A DNA stretch of 64,000 nucleotides from an uncultured Acidobacteriota bacterium (GCA_963777605.1 CAVZRV010000007.1:1056001-1120000); one strand, 5' to 3'; positions 39,649 to 50,412 are shown, counted from the stretch's first letter. The notes: a model not told the origin generated them from the letters alone. Program-made: numbers and translations.

Positions 39649-42130
39649 TGCGCAAAGCTTCCAGAGGATCGATGCGGGCGGCCCGCCGGGCCGGGATGCA
39701 GGCGGCGGCGATGGCAGTGGCAAGCAGAACAGCTGCTCCTGCCGCATAGGTCAGCGGATCCCGGGTGCTGACCTCGAAGAGTTGACTCTCCAGAAGACGA
39801 GTCCCGGCGTAAGCGCAGCCGACTCCGACGACGAGACCCGGAACGACAAGGGCAAGACCCCGGGCGAGGACGCTGCGAATCACATCAAGACGGCTCCCTC
39901 CGAGGGCCATCCTGATCCCGATCTCCCGCGTCCGGCGGCCCACGTTGAAGGCCAGGACGCCATAGATCCCGATGATCGCCAGCACCAATGCTGTCCCGGC
40001 GAAGCAGGTGAACAGATTGCCGTTGAATCGGCGGTCTGCCGTCGACGCGTCGATCCTTTCCGAGAGGACTCGAATATCCCGGATCGTGGTACGGGGAAGA
40101 GCGGAAGTGATGGCGGTCCGAACTGAGTTGGCTGCGGCCAACGGTTCGAGTTTTGTGCGCACGACCAGGTGCAGTCCAAGGGGAATCGGCCATTGATTCA
40201 GCGGAAGGTAGAATTCCGTCGATTCACCCTGGTCGAGGCCCATTTGCACGGTGTTGCCGACTATGCCGACAACTTCGACCGTGGGCAGGCCCAGGCCCGG
40301 AGGACCCATGTGAAAACGTTTGCCGATCGGATCCTCTCCCGGCCAAAAACGCTCCGACATTTTCCGACTGATCAAGCCGGAGATCGTAAAGTCCTTGAAG
40401 AGGGCACCCAGATTGTCTGGCGTCAGGACTGCACCCTCGGGCAAGGACGTACTCCGGCTCGGTTCCGTCGAAAAGGTGCCCTCGCAGGAGGGGAATCCCC
40501 ATGGCTCGAAAGTAGCCCGGGCTGACCGAATGGGAGTGGGCGTAAGGAAATTGACCTGCCGCCGGCGTAGGTTGATCCTCACGGTAAAAGGAAAGGGTGC
40601 TGGAGCGCCCGGTGAAGGGAAGGTCCGAGGCCACTGCCGCCACATCGACCTCCGGCAAATGCTCGACCGAGGCGATAACCCTCTCGTAGTGTCGGGCGAA
40701 GCTTTGTGGATCCCGCTGGAACTGCTCGACGGGAGGTGCACCCACCTCGAGTGTGAGCACACGGCTCGCATCGTAGCCGGGATTGACCTCGAGCAGGTTC
40801 TGAAGGCTGCGGATCAGGAGACCGGCGCCGACGAGCAGGATCAGAGCCAGCGCCACTTGGGCCACTACCAGTAGAGTCACTCATCCGGATGCGGCCGAAC
40901 CAGGTGCGTCCCAGCCCTTCCCTTTGTTTAAGTGCCTCCGCCGGGCGCACGTGGGAAAGCTGCAACGCGGGCACCAGCCCGAAGCAGACCCCGGTCACGA
41001 TCGTCAGGCCCACGATGAAGAGGGCCATCCGCAGATCGAAGGATGCTGTCTCCAGAAACGACGCGCTGAATCTGTGTGGGCAGGAGCCGGCCAGCAAACC
41101 GGGTAGCCCCAGACGCCAATCAAGGTTCCGGCGGCCTCCACCGGCGGTCGCGAGTACCAGGCTCTCGACGAGCAGTTGTCGCAAGAGTTGCAGGCCGGGA
41201 TGCACCCAGCGACGAGCGGATCGCCATCTCCCGCTCCCGCGCAAAGGAGCGGGCGAGGAGCATGTTGGCCACGTTGACGCAGGCAATGAGCAGGACCAGG
41301 ACAACGGCTCCGAAGAGCAGGAATAGCTCAGTGCGTACGGAACCCGACATCCATTCACGCAGCGGCTCGACCTCCACGCCAACTCCCTTGTTCGCCTCGG
41401 CGATATTCATCGGAGAGGTGCGTGGCGATCAGTTTCAGGTTTGCCCGCGCCGCCTCCAGCGAGACTCCCGGCTCGAGACGCGCGATGACCTGGGTGTTGC
41501 TGCGATTCTGTCGTGTATCCAGGAAGAACTGGCGGGCAAAGGGTGCGATCGCCGTGATCAGATCGGTATTTCGGTAGAAGCGAAAACCGGGAGGCAGAAT
41601 GCCGGCGACGGTAATCGCTCTGGCCGTCAAGGACGATGGACCTTCCCACCAGGCTGGGATCATTTTCGAAGAAGCGCTCCCAGGCGCTATCCGTGACCCA
41701 GACTGCCCGTTCGGCGCCGACTCGGTCATCTTCCGACGTAAGACTTCGTCCTAAGGCAGGCCGGACATCCAGGACATCGAAAAAATCGGCGGAAACGTGG
41801 TCGACGGAGACAATCTCCGAGCGTTCCCCGGTCTGGAGAGTACCGTCGGCTCCATGGAAGATGGCCAACCCGCTGAAAACCTCCTGCTGTTTGTGCCAGT
41901 CGAGAAAGTTCGGATACGCGACCGATATCTCATTTCCTGACCTGTTGGTTTCGGAGACGTGCACGAGCCGGTCGGGTTCAGGATAGGGAAGCGTGTTCAG
42001 GAAGGCCGTATTGATGAGGCTGAAAATGGCCGTGTTGGCGCCAATTCCGAGTCGCAAGCGAGAGCACCGCGATCGTGGTGAACCCGGGATTCCTGCTCAA
42101 TTGACGAAGGGCAAACTTCAGATCGTTCAT
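39641..42130 (-). pseudogene. ADOP/MacB-type ABC transporter permease split by at least 6 frameshifts
   Basis: Successive frames give MNDLKFALRQL..NPGF, LGIGANTAIFS, LLIACVNVAN, LVVAQVAL, RTREIGIRMALG, IPARRAARIDP. Confidence 0.85.
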
Positions 42131-42918
42131 AGGTAAGAGCCCTTGTTCTGTCTAACTGGATTCGGATTCGGTTGACGGACCCGAACCCGGAAACGTCGTG
42201 CGGATAGATCAGTTCCATCTCCGGCTTACAGGTCTCATCGACAATCTGACCGTCGAAGAGATGCACGGTACGTTCGGCATACTCGGCATACCGGGGATCG
42301 TGGGTAACCATGCAGACCGTCGCTCCTCCCTGGTGCAGTTCGAGAAGGAGATCCATGACGACCTGGCCATTACCCGAATCCAGATTCCCCGTCGGCTCAT
42401 CGGCAAGAAGGATCGAGGGATGCCCGACCAGGGCCCGTGCCACTGCAACGCGCTGCTGCTGACCGCCGGAAAGCTGGGCTGGATAGTGCCGGGCTCGATG
42501 CCCCATTCCGACTCGCTCCAACGCTTCCGCGACCCGCGCCTTTCGGTCGAGCCCCCGGCATCCCCCGGTAGGTCAAAGGTAGTTCGACGTTTTCGTAGAC
42601 TGTCAGGTCGCCGATGAGGTTGAATGCCTGGAAGACGAATCCGATTTCCCGGTTTCGCACCTTGGACCGTTGATAGGTCGATAACTCGGAGACCGACCTC
42701 TCCTTGAGGCGATACTCTCCCTCCGTCGGGGTATCGAGCAGGCCCATGAGAGACAACAGGGTTGACTTGCCGCAACCGGAAGGACCGGCAATGGTCACGA
42801 ACTCGCCTTGATTGATCTCCAGGTAGATCTCGGAAAGGGCGTGCGTTTCAACCTCATCAGTGTAAAAGACCTTGGAAACGCTCTCCATGCGAATCAAAGG
42901 CTGTACGTTCTCGCTCAT
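42127..42918 (-). pseudogene. ABC transporter ATP-binding protein (MacB/LolD-like), frameshift near 42545, 3' end uncertain
   Basis: GPSGCGKS in one frame; LSGGQQQRV, LADEPTGNLD and VTHD in the next. Confidence 0.85.
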
Positions 42919-42969
42919 ACGGTTTCCTCTGCATCGGGCGACTTGAGGCCGCCTCTGTCATCTGGGTTA

Positions 42970-44226
42970 CTAATCGAGCCGGATGCGGTCGTATTCATCC
43001 CACCGGGAGGCGTCCGACAGGATGACTTCATCTCCCGGCTGCAAGCCCTCGAGCACTTCGATTTCGCTCACGGAACTGCGCCCAAACCGGACATGGACAC
43101 GGTGCGCGTGGACACCGTCCGCCTCAATCCGAAACACGCTCACCGTTGAATTTTCCTGACCGAACGCTGGTCGGGGCATGTAGACGATGTCCATGAGGTG
43201 CTCCAGCTCAACCGTTCCATCAACCGGCAAATCGGGACGGGCACCTTTAGGCAACTCATCGGTCAGTTTAATGTCCACATTGACCAGTCCCTCCTGCACC
43301 GCCGGGTCGATGCGCGAGACCATCCCTGGAACGACCCCGTTCCGGGTATCGACCTGGGCTGTCTGGCCGACTTGAATGTCGCGGGCCTGAGTGGCGGCTA
43401 CCCGGATTTCCGCCTTGAGGCGATCAGGAACGGCGACCCGTGCCAGATTGGTTCCCGGGGTCACCTGCTGCCCAACTTCCACCAGGATCTGCTGCAAGAC
43501 GCCGGCAATTCCCGCGCGGACCCTCAGCGAATCGAGTTGACGCGCTCGAAGCCGATACAGGCCCCGTCTTTGAGCAACCTCCACTTCTTTGGCCTGAAGC
43601 TGCGCCGCAGATGCCTTGGAAAAGATCTCCAGCCGCTCCTTCTCAAGTAGGCGGCGCGTCGCCAGTGACTCAGCCCGAGCCTGTGAAATCCTGGCTGTCA
43701 CACGGGACACCAGGCCGTCTTTGGACAATTCCTGGTCCGCTTCCGCCCGCAGACTGGCCTGGGTGAACTCGGACTCGATATCGGCAGCCTGCGCTTTCTG
43801 ATTGATCAGCTGACTCTCAAGCTGAACTTGCAGGTTCTCTTGTTCTGCCTGCGCCCGCTTGTGTTCACTTTCGGCTTCAAACACCGTTTGCTCCAGCTCC
43901 GGATTACTGAGGTCCAGAATCACAGAGTCCGCCGTTACGGTTGCGCCCGGCTGGAGAAGGATACGCTCAATTCTCCCGTTACTCCCAGCCGGAATCCAGC
44001 GAATCGTTTCCGGCACCAGCCGGCCGGCCCCGCGCACTTCTCGGATTATGTCGCCTTGCTTGACCTCGCCAGTCCAAACCGAACTTCGCTCCACTGTCGG
44101 AGCAGCCGGAGTCAACGTCGACAACCACGCGCTGATCGCGAGTATTCCAATCGCAGCCAGCAAGACATAACCGACTTTCCGAATCCGGCGGGACCGAGCA
44201 ACGGTAGCGGGGCGCTGAATGTCCAT
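42970..44226 (-). CDS. HlyD/MacA-like periplasmic adaptor subunit
   Basis: N-terminal TM, coiled-coil hairpin, VRAGIAGVLQ, GLQPGDEVILSD. Confidence 0.9.
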   Translation of the reverse strand: MDIQRPATVARSRRIRKVGYVLLAAIGILAISAWLSTLTPAAPTVERSSVWTGEVKQGDIIREVRGAGRLVPETIRWIPAGSNGRIERILLQPGATVTADSVILDLSNPELEQTVFEAESEHKRAQAEQENLQVQLESQLINQKAQAADIESEFTQASLRAEADQELSKDGLVSRVTARISQARAESLATRRLLEKERLEIFSKASAAQLQAKEVEVAQRRGLYRLRARQLDSLRVRAGIAGVLQQILVEVGQQVTPGTNLARVAVPDRLKAEIRVAATQARDIQVGQTAQVDTRNGVVPGMVSRIDPAVQEGLVNVDIKLTDELPKGARPDLPVDGTVELEHLMDIVYMPRPAFGQENSTVSVFRIEADGVHAHRVHVRFGRSSVSEIEVLEGLQPGDEVILSDASRWDEYDRIRLD

Positions 44227-44245
44227 AACTATTTCTCTTCATAAG

Positions 44246-44260
44246 GCAGCTTCCGTACCA
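44246..44260 (-). promoter_or_regulatory. Sigma54 promoter of the ABC exporter operon
   Basis: TGGTACGGAAGCTGC with correct GG/GC spacing; IHF-like TTTCAACTAGTTG near 44289. Confidence 0.65.
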
Positions 44261-44352
44261 GACTCGAGACTCTCCAGAAGATCCATGATTTCAACTAGTT
44301 GTCCGGCAAAACAGAAACTCTCTACGCGGACCTTTTGTTCGATTCTGGGAAT

Positions 44353-44374
44353 CGGTGTCCGAAAACGGACACCG
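44353..44374. promoter_or_regulatory. Palindromic upstream activator sequence
   Basis: CGGTGTCCG-AAAA-CGGACACCG, about 100 bp upstream of the sigma54 site. Confidence 0.65.
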
Positions 44375-44499
44375 GAAGTCGCCCGTCAAAATCATCGTCT
44401 TCGAACCACACCAGTCTTCCCCGTTGGCCAACTTCAGAGTAACCGACTCAACGGTCAGGCGGTCCCACTCGAAAGTCTCCGTGGACGAGTGGTTGTATT

Positions 44500-45033
44500 G
44501 TTAAATGATTAATTATAAATTCAAGGAGTACTTCTATGGATACACAGGATTTTGTCCCATACCTAAACATAAAAGGTGCAAGTAAAGCGGTGGAATTTTA
44601 TTCCAAAGTTTTTGAAACTTCACCATGGGTTATTCTAAATATGCCAGATGGCCGAGTAATGCACTGCGAGTTCCGTATAGGTGGTGCTCGACTCTTTTTA
44701 AGTGAGGAACTTCCTGAGCACGGTGGCTCACCAAGTCCGGAAACACTAGGTGCATCGAGCGTCGTAATTCATCATTATGTTTCAGACTGTGATCGCATGG
44801 TAGAAAAGATGCGAGCCCAGGGTTCTGAAGTTCTTATGGAACCAGTCGATATGTTTTTTGGAGAGAGGTTCGCTCGCGTTCGTGACCCATTCGGTCATGA
44901 GTGGGGAATAGCAACAAAGACGAAAGAGATGAGCCCAGATGAACTTAAGTCGGCCGCAGAAAACTTTTTTAAAGAGAATAGTGAATAGCAACACCATCAT
45001 CTAAAGAATCACTGCACTGGATTTTTACTCCGC
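44500..45033 (+). mobile_element. Integron gene-cassette-like unit with truncated attC
   Basis: GTTAAAT (GTTRRRY) at the AT-rich boundary, one ORF, then ATCTAAA and AATCACTGCACTGGATTTTTACTCCGC resembling an attC left arm. Confidence 0.5.
44536..44988 (+). CDS. VOC family protein (PhnB/glyoxalase-like)
   Basis: PYL...GA..AVEFY..VF, MPDGRVMH, DMFFGER.ARVRDPFGHEW; AAGGAG RBS; AT-rich. Confidence 0.92.
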   Translation: MDTQDFVPYLNIKGASKAVEFYSKVFETSPWVILNMPDGRVMHCEFRIGGARLFLSEELPEHGGSPSPETLGASSVVIHHYVSDCDRMVEKMRAQGSEVLMEPVDMFFGERFARVRDPFGHEWGIATKTKEMSPDELKSAAENFFKENSE

Positions 45034-45073
45034 ATTTTGCAGCTCGGCTGATTTTTTTGACCTCACGATATTT

Positions 45074-45096
45074 TAGCGCGCTGCCAATTCCGCTAC
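45074..45096 (-). other. Degenerate tRNA-Leu-like D-arm remnant
   Basis: GTAGCGGAATTGGCAG-CGCGCTA versus typical GTRGCGGAATTGGCAGACGCGCTA; rest of cloverleaf absent. Confidence 0.45.
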
Positions 45097-45107
45097 GAAA
45101 GAAGCCG

Positions 45108-46421
45108 CTAGGAATCGAGCGTTTCGCGCACTTTTTTCAGGCGGCTCTCAAACCGCGCCCGGTCGTGCGGGGACTCGATGGTGCGTTCGGCCAATTCGGC
45201 GATCCATTGGAGCTCTTCGCGAAGCATGCGTCGCCGACTGGGACTTTCCGTAAGACTGCCGATGGTTTGCAGCGCGCCAAGCATCCGCAGGATCACGCCG
45301 ACATTGCCGACGGCGCTGACTCGAATTTGATCGAAGGATTCGGCCACCAGGCCGGCAAAGGTCGGCCCGACGGTGATCACCCTCAGAACCCCTTCTTCAT
45401 ATCGATGCGATGAAGGAATGCTCCGAGAGGCCACCCGCGACAGAATCGCTGTCAGATAATCCACGCACATCACAGCCGTAGTGGTGTCATTGATGCCTGG
45501 GGAGAGTGCTCGCAGAGCCATGTCCACGAGCTGCCGGATGCCGAAAGCGGAATCCTGTTCCACCGTTCGATGGCGGGCGATGCCGCAGGCCGCCTGCAGG
45601 TCGGCGATGATCTCTTTTGCCGATGGCTCTTCAAGGGCGAGCGATGCGAGTGGGGTGCCGTGAACTAGAAATTCGCCGATGCCGCGTTCCATCCGTACGA
45701 TGGTCTTGTGCTCCCGCGCCAACCGCAGGAGCGTCGCGTTATCCACGCTTTGAAGGTAACCATTCCCCTGAACCGGGACGACCTGCCATTTCCGTTCCAG
45801 CAGAGCGGGCGGGGTCTGATCTTCAGCGTCGTCTGACAACTCTTCTCCAAGCTTCTCCGGGAAGAGCCGGTCCACAGCCACCATGGTTTCCGCGGCTACC
45901 GAGGCAATAATGCTCGATGCCTGGATCGACGAGGCGATGTGATGAATGAAAAAAATGAGGGTGGCGATGCCGCCGATCGCCAGCACCACGGCGAAAGATA
46001 CCGCCAGGCTTGGAACAAATGCGCCTTCGTCTCCGCTGCGGATGGTGCGCAAGACGATCAGGCAATAAGTGAAAATGCCCGTGAAGATTCCGAGCACGAC
46101 CTGCACGACGCGGTCCCCCATAAAGTTCCGCATGATGCGCGAAGTGTATTGGCTGGAGGCCAGAGCCAGCGTCACCAGGGTCATTGAAAATGTGACCCCC
46201 ACCACGGTCATCATCGAACCCGAAATCGTCGAAAGCATGCCGCGCGCGCCCTCCGCGCCGGCCCCAAACATCCGTGGCCAGCGAGCCAGCCAGAGTTCAC
46301 TCCCACTGGAATCCACTTCGATCAACGCCACCGCGAGAAGGATGCTGAGCGCGACAATCAGTGAAGGCACAAACCAAAAGCTCGTCCGCAAATTTCCCCA
46401 GAGCCGTTTGAGCTTATTCAT
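45108..46421 (-). CDS. DUF2254 family membrane protein
   Basis: SFWFVP, LASSQYTSR, QD..FGIRQLVD.A.RALSPGINDTTTA. Confidence 0.9.
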   Translation of the reverse strand: MNKLKRLWGNLRTSFWFVPSLIVALSILLAVALIEVDSSGSELWLARWPRMFGAGAEGARGMLSTISGSMMTVVGVTFSMTLVTLALASSQYTSRIMRNFMGDRVVQVVLGIFTGIFTYCLIVLRTIRSGDEGAFVPSLAVSFAVVLAIGGIATLIFFIHHIASSIQASSIIASVAAETMVAVDRLFPEKLGEELSDDAEDQTPPALLERKWQVVPVQGNGYLQSVDNATLLRLAREHKTIVRMERGIGEFLVHGTPLASLALEEPSAKEIIADLQAACGIARHRTVEQDSAFGIRQLVDMALRALSPGINDTTTAVMCVDYLTAILSRVASRSIPSSHRYEEGVLRVITVGPTFAGLVAESFDQIRVSAVGNVGVILRMLGALQTIGSLTESPSRRRMLREELQWIAELAERTIESPHDRARFESRLKKVRETLDS

Positions 46422-46451
46422 GAGTCAACCTTTCATCATCAGCGTTCGGCC

Positions 46452-47315
46452 TCAAAGCTCCTTGCGGATGGCCTGCAATTCCTTGCGGCGCGCCTTATCG
46501 ACTGTCGGATAACTCATCCCGAGTTCCTTCATGGTGTCGAGGATAATCTGCGAAACGATCAGCCGGGCGTTCTTCTTGTCGTCGGCGGGAACGACATACC
46601 AGGGCGCGTGAGCGGTGCTGGTCGCGTTCAGACACGCCTCATACGCATTCATGTAATCATCCCAGCGCTTCCTTTCACGCACGTCCGCGACGCTGAACTT
46701 CCAGTTCTTGTCCGGCTCATCGATGCGCGCCTGAAACCGCTTTCGTTGTTCGTCCTTCGACAGGTGGAGAAAGAATTTGATGATCCGGGTGCCGTTGCGG
46801 TGGAGATGCGCTTCGAAGTCCACGATCGAACGATATCGCTCCTCCCAAATGGCCTGCTTGGCGATTAACCCTTCCGGCAACCCCTGGCTGCGAAGTATTT
46901 CCGGATGGACGCGAACAACGAGCACCTCCTCGTAATAGGAACGATTGAAAATGCCGATCCGACCGCGTTCCGGCAGCCGGCAGGTCGTGCGCCACAGAAA
47001 ATCGTGCTCCAGTTCTTCGGCACTCGGCTGTTTGAAACTGAACACCTGGCAGCCCTGCGGATTGACTCCGGACATAACGTGCCGAATCGCCCCGTCCTTG
47101 CCGGCTGCGTCCATCGCCTGGAAGATCAGCAGGATCGCATGACGATTGGACGCGTAGTGCAGGCGTTGCAACTCGCTTAGTTCCTCAACGCCTTCATCGA
47201 GACGTTTATGATAGTGCTTCTTCGACTTGAAGAAAGGCTTCACCTTCGTCGCGCGCTTGCTGAGTTCGAACTCTCTTTCAGGAGGCACCTGGAAGTCTGC
47301 AGGATTGATTTTCAT
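46452..47315 (-). CDS. ppk2: Polyphosphate kinase 2 family protein (class III-like)
   Basis: [33 protein letters not shown]. Confidence 0.93.
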   Translation of the reverse strand: MKINPADFQVPPEREFELSKRATKVKPFFKSKKHYHKRLDEGVEELSELQRLHYASNRHAILLIFQAMDAAGKDGAIRHVMSGVNPQGCQVFSFKQPSAEELEHDFLWRTTCRLPERGRIGIFNRSYYEEVLVVRVHPEILRSQGLPEGLIAKQAIWEERYRSIVDFEAHLHRNGTRIIKFFLHLSKDEQRKRFQARIDEPDKNWKFSVADVRERKRWDDYMNAYEACLNATSTAHAPWYVVPADDKKNARLIVSQIILDTMKELGMSYPTVDKARRKELQAIRKEL

Positions 47316-47450
47316 ATTGTTCCTTTCGGGCATGAAAGCCGTGGTAAACGTCCCAGACTATTTTCTTGCAGCTACCTTCGGTACGACAACGGAAATTTGT
47401 ACCACACTCCTGCGGGAACCATTGGGTAGTCCTTGAGACTCTTCCGAAGC

Positions 47451-47840
47451 CTAACGGAGGTTTCTTGCGAGCATGATGTCGATCTCCTCCCGGTCCCGCA
47501 CGACATAGCGGAACGACTGTCCGTCGGCTGAGACCGACTGGGATGGTCCACTCATGTTAACGCGTGTCTTTTCCGGTAATTTGACAACCGTGGACAGCCT
47601 GTTGCTGCCGAACGTGAGACAGTCAATACTCGGGCTGTGTCCGGGTGCGTCATCGATAACGCAAAGGCCATTGTCGTGAATTGACCAGAGATTTGGCATG
47701 CCTCGCGGAACTACGAGCGACTCGCTGCCGCCGGCGACGGGTTTCCGCCAGATCCCCCGCTGATTCATCTTGGTGTAGTAGACGAAGAGTCCGTCCGACG
47801 ATTCAGCTGCATCTGCACCCCCTCCGAAAAGACCTCCCGG
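47451..47840 (-). pseudogene. C-terminal fragment of a TolB-like beta-propeller protein
   Basis: AAESSDG.FVYYTK, IWRKPVAGGSE, SVSADG...DIML..N; no credible start. Confidence 0.55.
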
Positions 47841-47954
47841 ATCCTTCTGTATTGCTGAGGTGTGAGTGCCCGCATATCCCGACGTTGAATGTTGTACCGC
47901 GGGAACCCGGGCCCCGAAACCTTTCCAGTCCCGGGTCCCGGGCATCAGGTACGC

Positions 47955-50042
47955 TTACTTCTTCTCGCCCTTGACGTATTTCCCGTACCACGCCAGGTAC
48001 CGTTCCAGTCGGTCTTTCTGGTAGCTGGGGGTGCGGATTCCGTGGTGTTCTCCGGGGTAGACGACCAGTTCGGTTTTGCGACCGAGTTGGCGCAGTGACT
48101 GGTACATGTGCTCTGAACCGATGATGGGTACGTTCCAGTCGAGCGCGCCACCCATGTAGAGGGTGGGAGTGGTGATTTTCTCCACGTTATAGAAGGGGAA
48201 GGAGATCTTCTCCCAGATCGCGCGGTTGCGCCACGGAACGCCGAGTTCCGCGACGTATTCCCTCTGGTAGTGGTCATGCCCCCAGTGCGCCGTCCAGAGC
48301 GCTCCACCCGCGCCGGAGATGGCAGCCTTGAACCGGGTGGTGGTGGCGATGACGTAATTGGTCATCATTCCTCCGTACGACCAGCCTCCGACACCGAGGC
48401 GGTCCGCGTCAACGTACCCCTGGGAGACGGCATAGTCCACGCCGGCCAGTACGTCCTGGACATCCTTGTTGCCCCAGTCGGCGAAGATGGCGCGCGAAAA
48501 ATCCTGTCCGTAGCCCGAGGAACCACGGGGATTCACCATGATGACGATGTAACCATTGGCGGCGAAGAGCTGGGCCTCGAAGTTGAAGCTTTTGCTGAAC
48601 TGGGCTACCGGTCCGCCGTGAATTCTCAGCAGGGCCGGATACTTCAATTCCGCTGTGAAGGCGGGCGGCTTGACGATGAATCCCTCGATCGGCGTGCCGT
48701 CCTTGCTCTGGAAGTGGACTTCTTCCATGTCGGCGAGCCGGACCTGCTCGAGGAACTTTTCATTGACGGTGGTCAACTGGTGAAGGGGTTCGTCACCCTG
48801 CAAAAAGATTTCGCCCGGAAGCTGAGGATCACTGATCAGGGCGGCAATCGCGCCATCCTTTCCGACGGTGAAGTCCTGCACCGTGCGAGGGCCGTCGATG
48901 GCGTGCGTTACCTCGCCCCCACCAGCGGGGGCCTTGGCGAGAAACTGCTCCCCGCTGTCCTCGAGCAGAAAATAGATCGACGATCCGTCGGGGGAGAATT
49001 CGGGTCCCCTGACATTGCGGTCGAGAGGCTCGGTGATCAGCAGCGGTGTGCCCGGGGTTCCCCCTGGCACCGGTGCCGTGGTGACGGCCAGATGGTTGGT
49101 CGAGTACCAGAGCAGTTCCGGGTGAATGCTGGTGACGAAGGCGATGTGTTTCCCGTCGGGACTCCAGGCCGGCTGGTTGTCCGAGCCGGGATTGGTGGTG
49201 ACCTGGGCGAGAGTCTCTCCCTTGTCCGGGTTGTCGGCGGCAACCACCCAGATATTGGAATCGTAGTTGGCGTCGGGCTCCTCGGTTCGGTTGCTGACGA
49301 AGGCAAGGAAGCGACTGTCCGGGCTCCAGACCGGTTGCTGGTCGTCGAAATCGCCCGAAGTGACCTGGGTCAGCTTCCGGGAGGCGACGTCGAAGACGTA
49401 AAGATGCGTCCGGCGGTGATCGAGGTAACCCTGGTAGTCGCGCTTGAACTGGAGTCGGTCAACGACTGCGGGAGGCGGAGTTTTCGACCGGATCGGACGG
49501 ACTCCCTGCTCCCGCTGCTCGTTGGAGGTCACTTCCTCGGGGCTCGGGTCCCGAATCAGCAGCACCAGCCGGGAGCTGTCGGGGGACCAGTCGAATGACT
49601 GCACTCCCTGCATGACCTCGGTCAATTGCTGAGCTTCACCGCCTCGCCGATCGAGCAGCCATACCTGTGACTTGGCCCGGTCGCCACCGCCGTTCCCTTT
49701 AGAGCGGGCGGACAGGAAGGCCAGGTACTTCCCGTCCGGCGAGAACCGTGGCCGGGACGCCGAAGTCCCCTCGACGGTCATGGGCAGGGCATCGCCACCG
49801 GCGATCGGAATCATCCAAAGGCGGCTCTCCGACTTCTCCTCCTTCAGATCGGTGGTGCCGACGGTGTAAGCAACCCAATTCCCATCCGGGCTGATCTGCG
49901 GGTCTCCGACACGCTTGATTTGAAAGAGGTCGTCAATGGTTATGTTTCGCTCTTGTGATGCGGTTGACTGGCCCTGGCCGGCCACCATTGCCGGCAACAG
50001 GAGCACAACCAGGACAGAGAAAATGGCTAGGTGGCGCTTCAT
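47955..50042 (-). CDS. S9 family peptidase
   Basis: Signal peptide, SPDG propeller repeats, IHGGP, GWSYGG, YPGEHH. Confidence 0.95.
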   Translation of the reverse strand: MKRHLAIFSVLVVLLLPAMVAGQGQSTASQERNITIDDLFQIKRVGDPQISPDGNWVAYTVGTTDLKEEKSESRLWMIPIAGGDALPMTVEGTSASRPRFSPDGKYLAFLSARSKGNGGGDRAKSQVWLLDRRGGEAQQLTEVMQGVQSFDWSPDSSRLVLLIRDPSPEEVTSNEQREQGVRPIRSKTPPPAVVDRLQFKRDYQGYLDHRRTHLYVFDVASRKLTQVTSGDFDDQQPVWSPDSRFLAFVSNRTEEPDANYDSNIWVVAADNPDKGETLAQVTTNPGSDNQPAWSPDGKHIAFVTSIHPELLWYSTNHLAVTTAPVPGGTPGTPLLITEPLDRNVRGPEFSPDGSSIYFLLEDSGEQFLAKAPAGGGEVTHAIDGPRTVQDFTVGKDGAIAALISDPQLPGEIFLQGDEPLHQLTTVNEKFLEQVRLADMEEVHFQSKDGTPIEGFIVKPPAFTAELKYPALLRIHGGPVAQFSKSFNFEAQLFAANGYIVIMVNPRGSSGYGQDFSRAIFADWGNKDVQDVLAGVDYAVSQGYVDADRLGVGGWSYGGMMTNYVIATTTRFKAAISGAGGALWTAHWGHDHYQREYVAELGVPWRNRAIWEKISFPFYNVEKITTPTLYMGGALDWNVPIIGSEHMYQSLRQLGRKTELVVYPGEHHGIRTPSYQKDRLERYLAWYGKYVKGEKK

Positions 50043-50112
50043 CTGGAATTTCCCCTTTGAGTCTGTCGTTTCCTTTTTGACCAATGCCGGCCGGAGAATA
50101 CCACGCTCTCGG

Positions 50113-50412
50113 CTAGAACTCGATCACCATCAGCATCAAACCGAAATAGCTCACAAAGAGAAACAGGCTGCCCCAGACGAACGTTGCCCATTCCGATTCA
50201 AGGCGTGCTGATCCCGCTCCCCGTGAACGTTCCACCCGCCGCAGGACACTGCGATACCAAATAACGTCCGCGGCTACCAGGATTGCCCCGTAGGCGGCGA
50301 AGATGAGCATGATCCCAAGGTGCCCGGACAGGTGGAGTTCGTGACGAAAAGCCGACAGGGTCAGGATCCCAAATGCGAAACCGAGTAGAAAGGAAGGCAT
50401 TCCTCTGGGCAT
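50113..50412 (-). CDS. Small hypothetical membrane protein (3 TM)
   Basis: Hydrophobic 99 aa ORF filling the intergenic space. Confidence 0.6.
   Translation of the reverse strand: MPRGMPSFLLGFAFGILTLSAFRHELHLSGHLGIMLIFAAYGAILVAADVIWYRSVLRRVERSRGAGSARLESEWATFVWGSLFLFVSYFGLMLMVIEF

Noticed and set aside
47449-47455. GCCTAAC/GTTAGGC as another attC core
   Set aside because: Isolated 7-mer overlapping a stop codon; no partner arm
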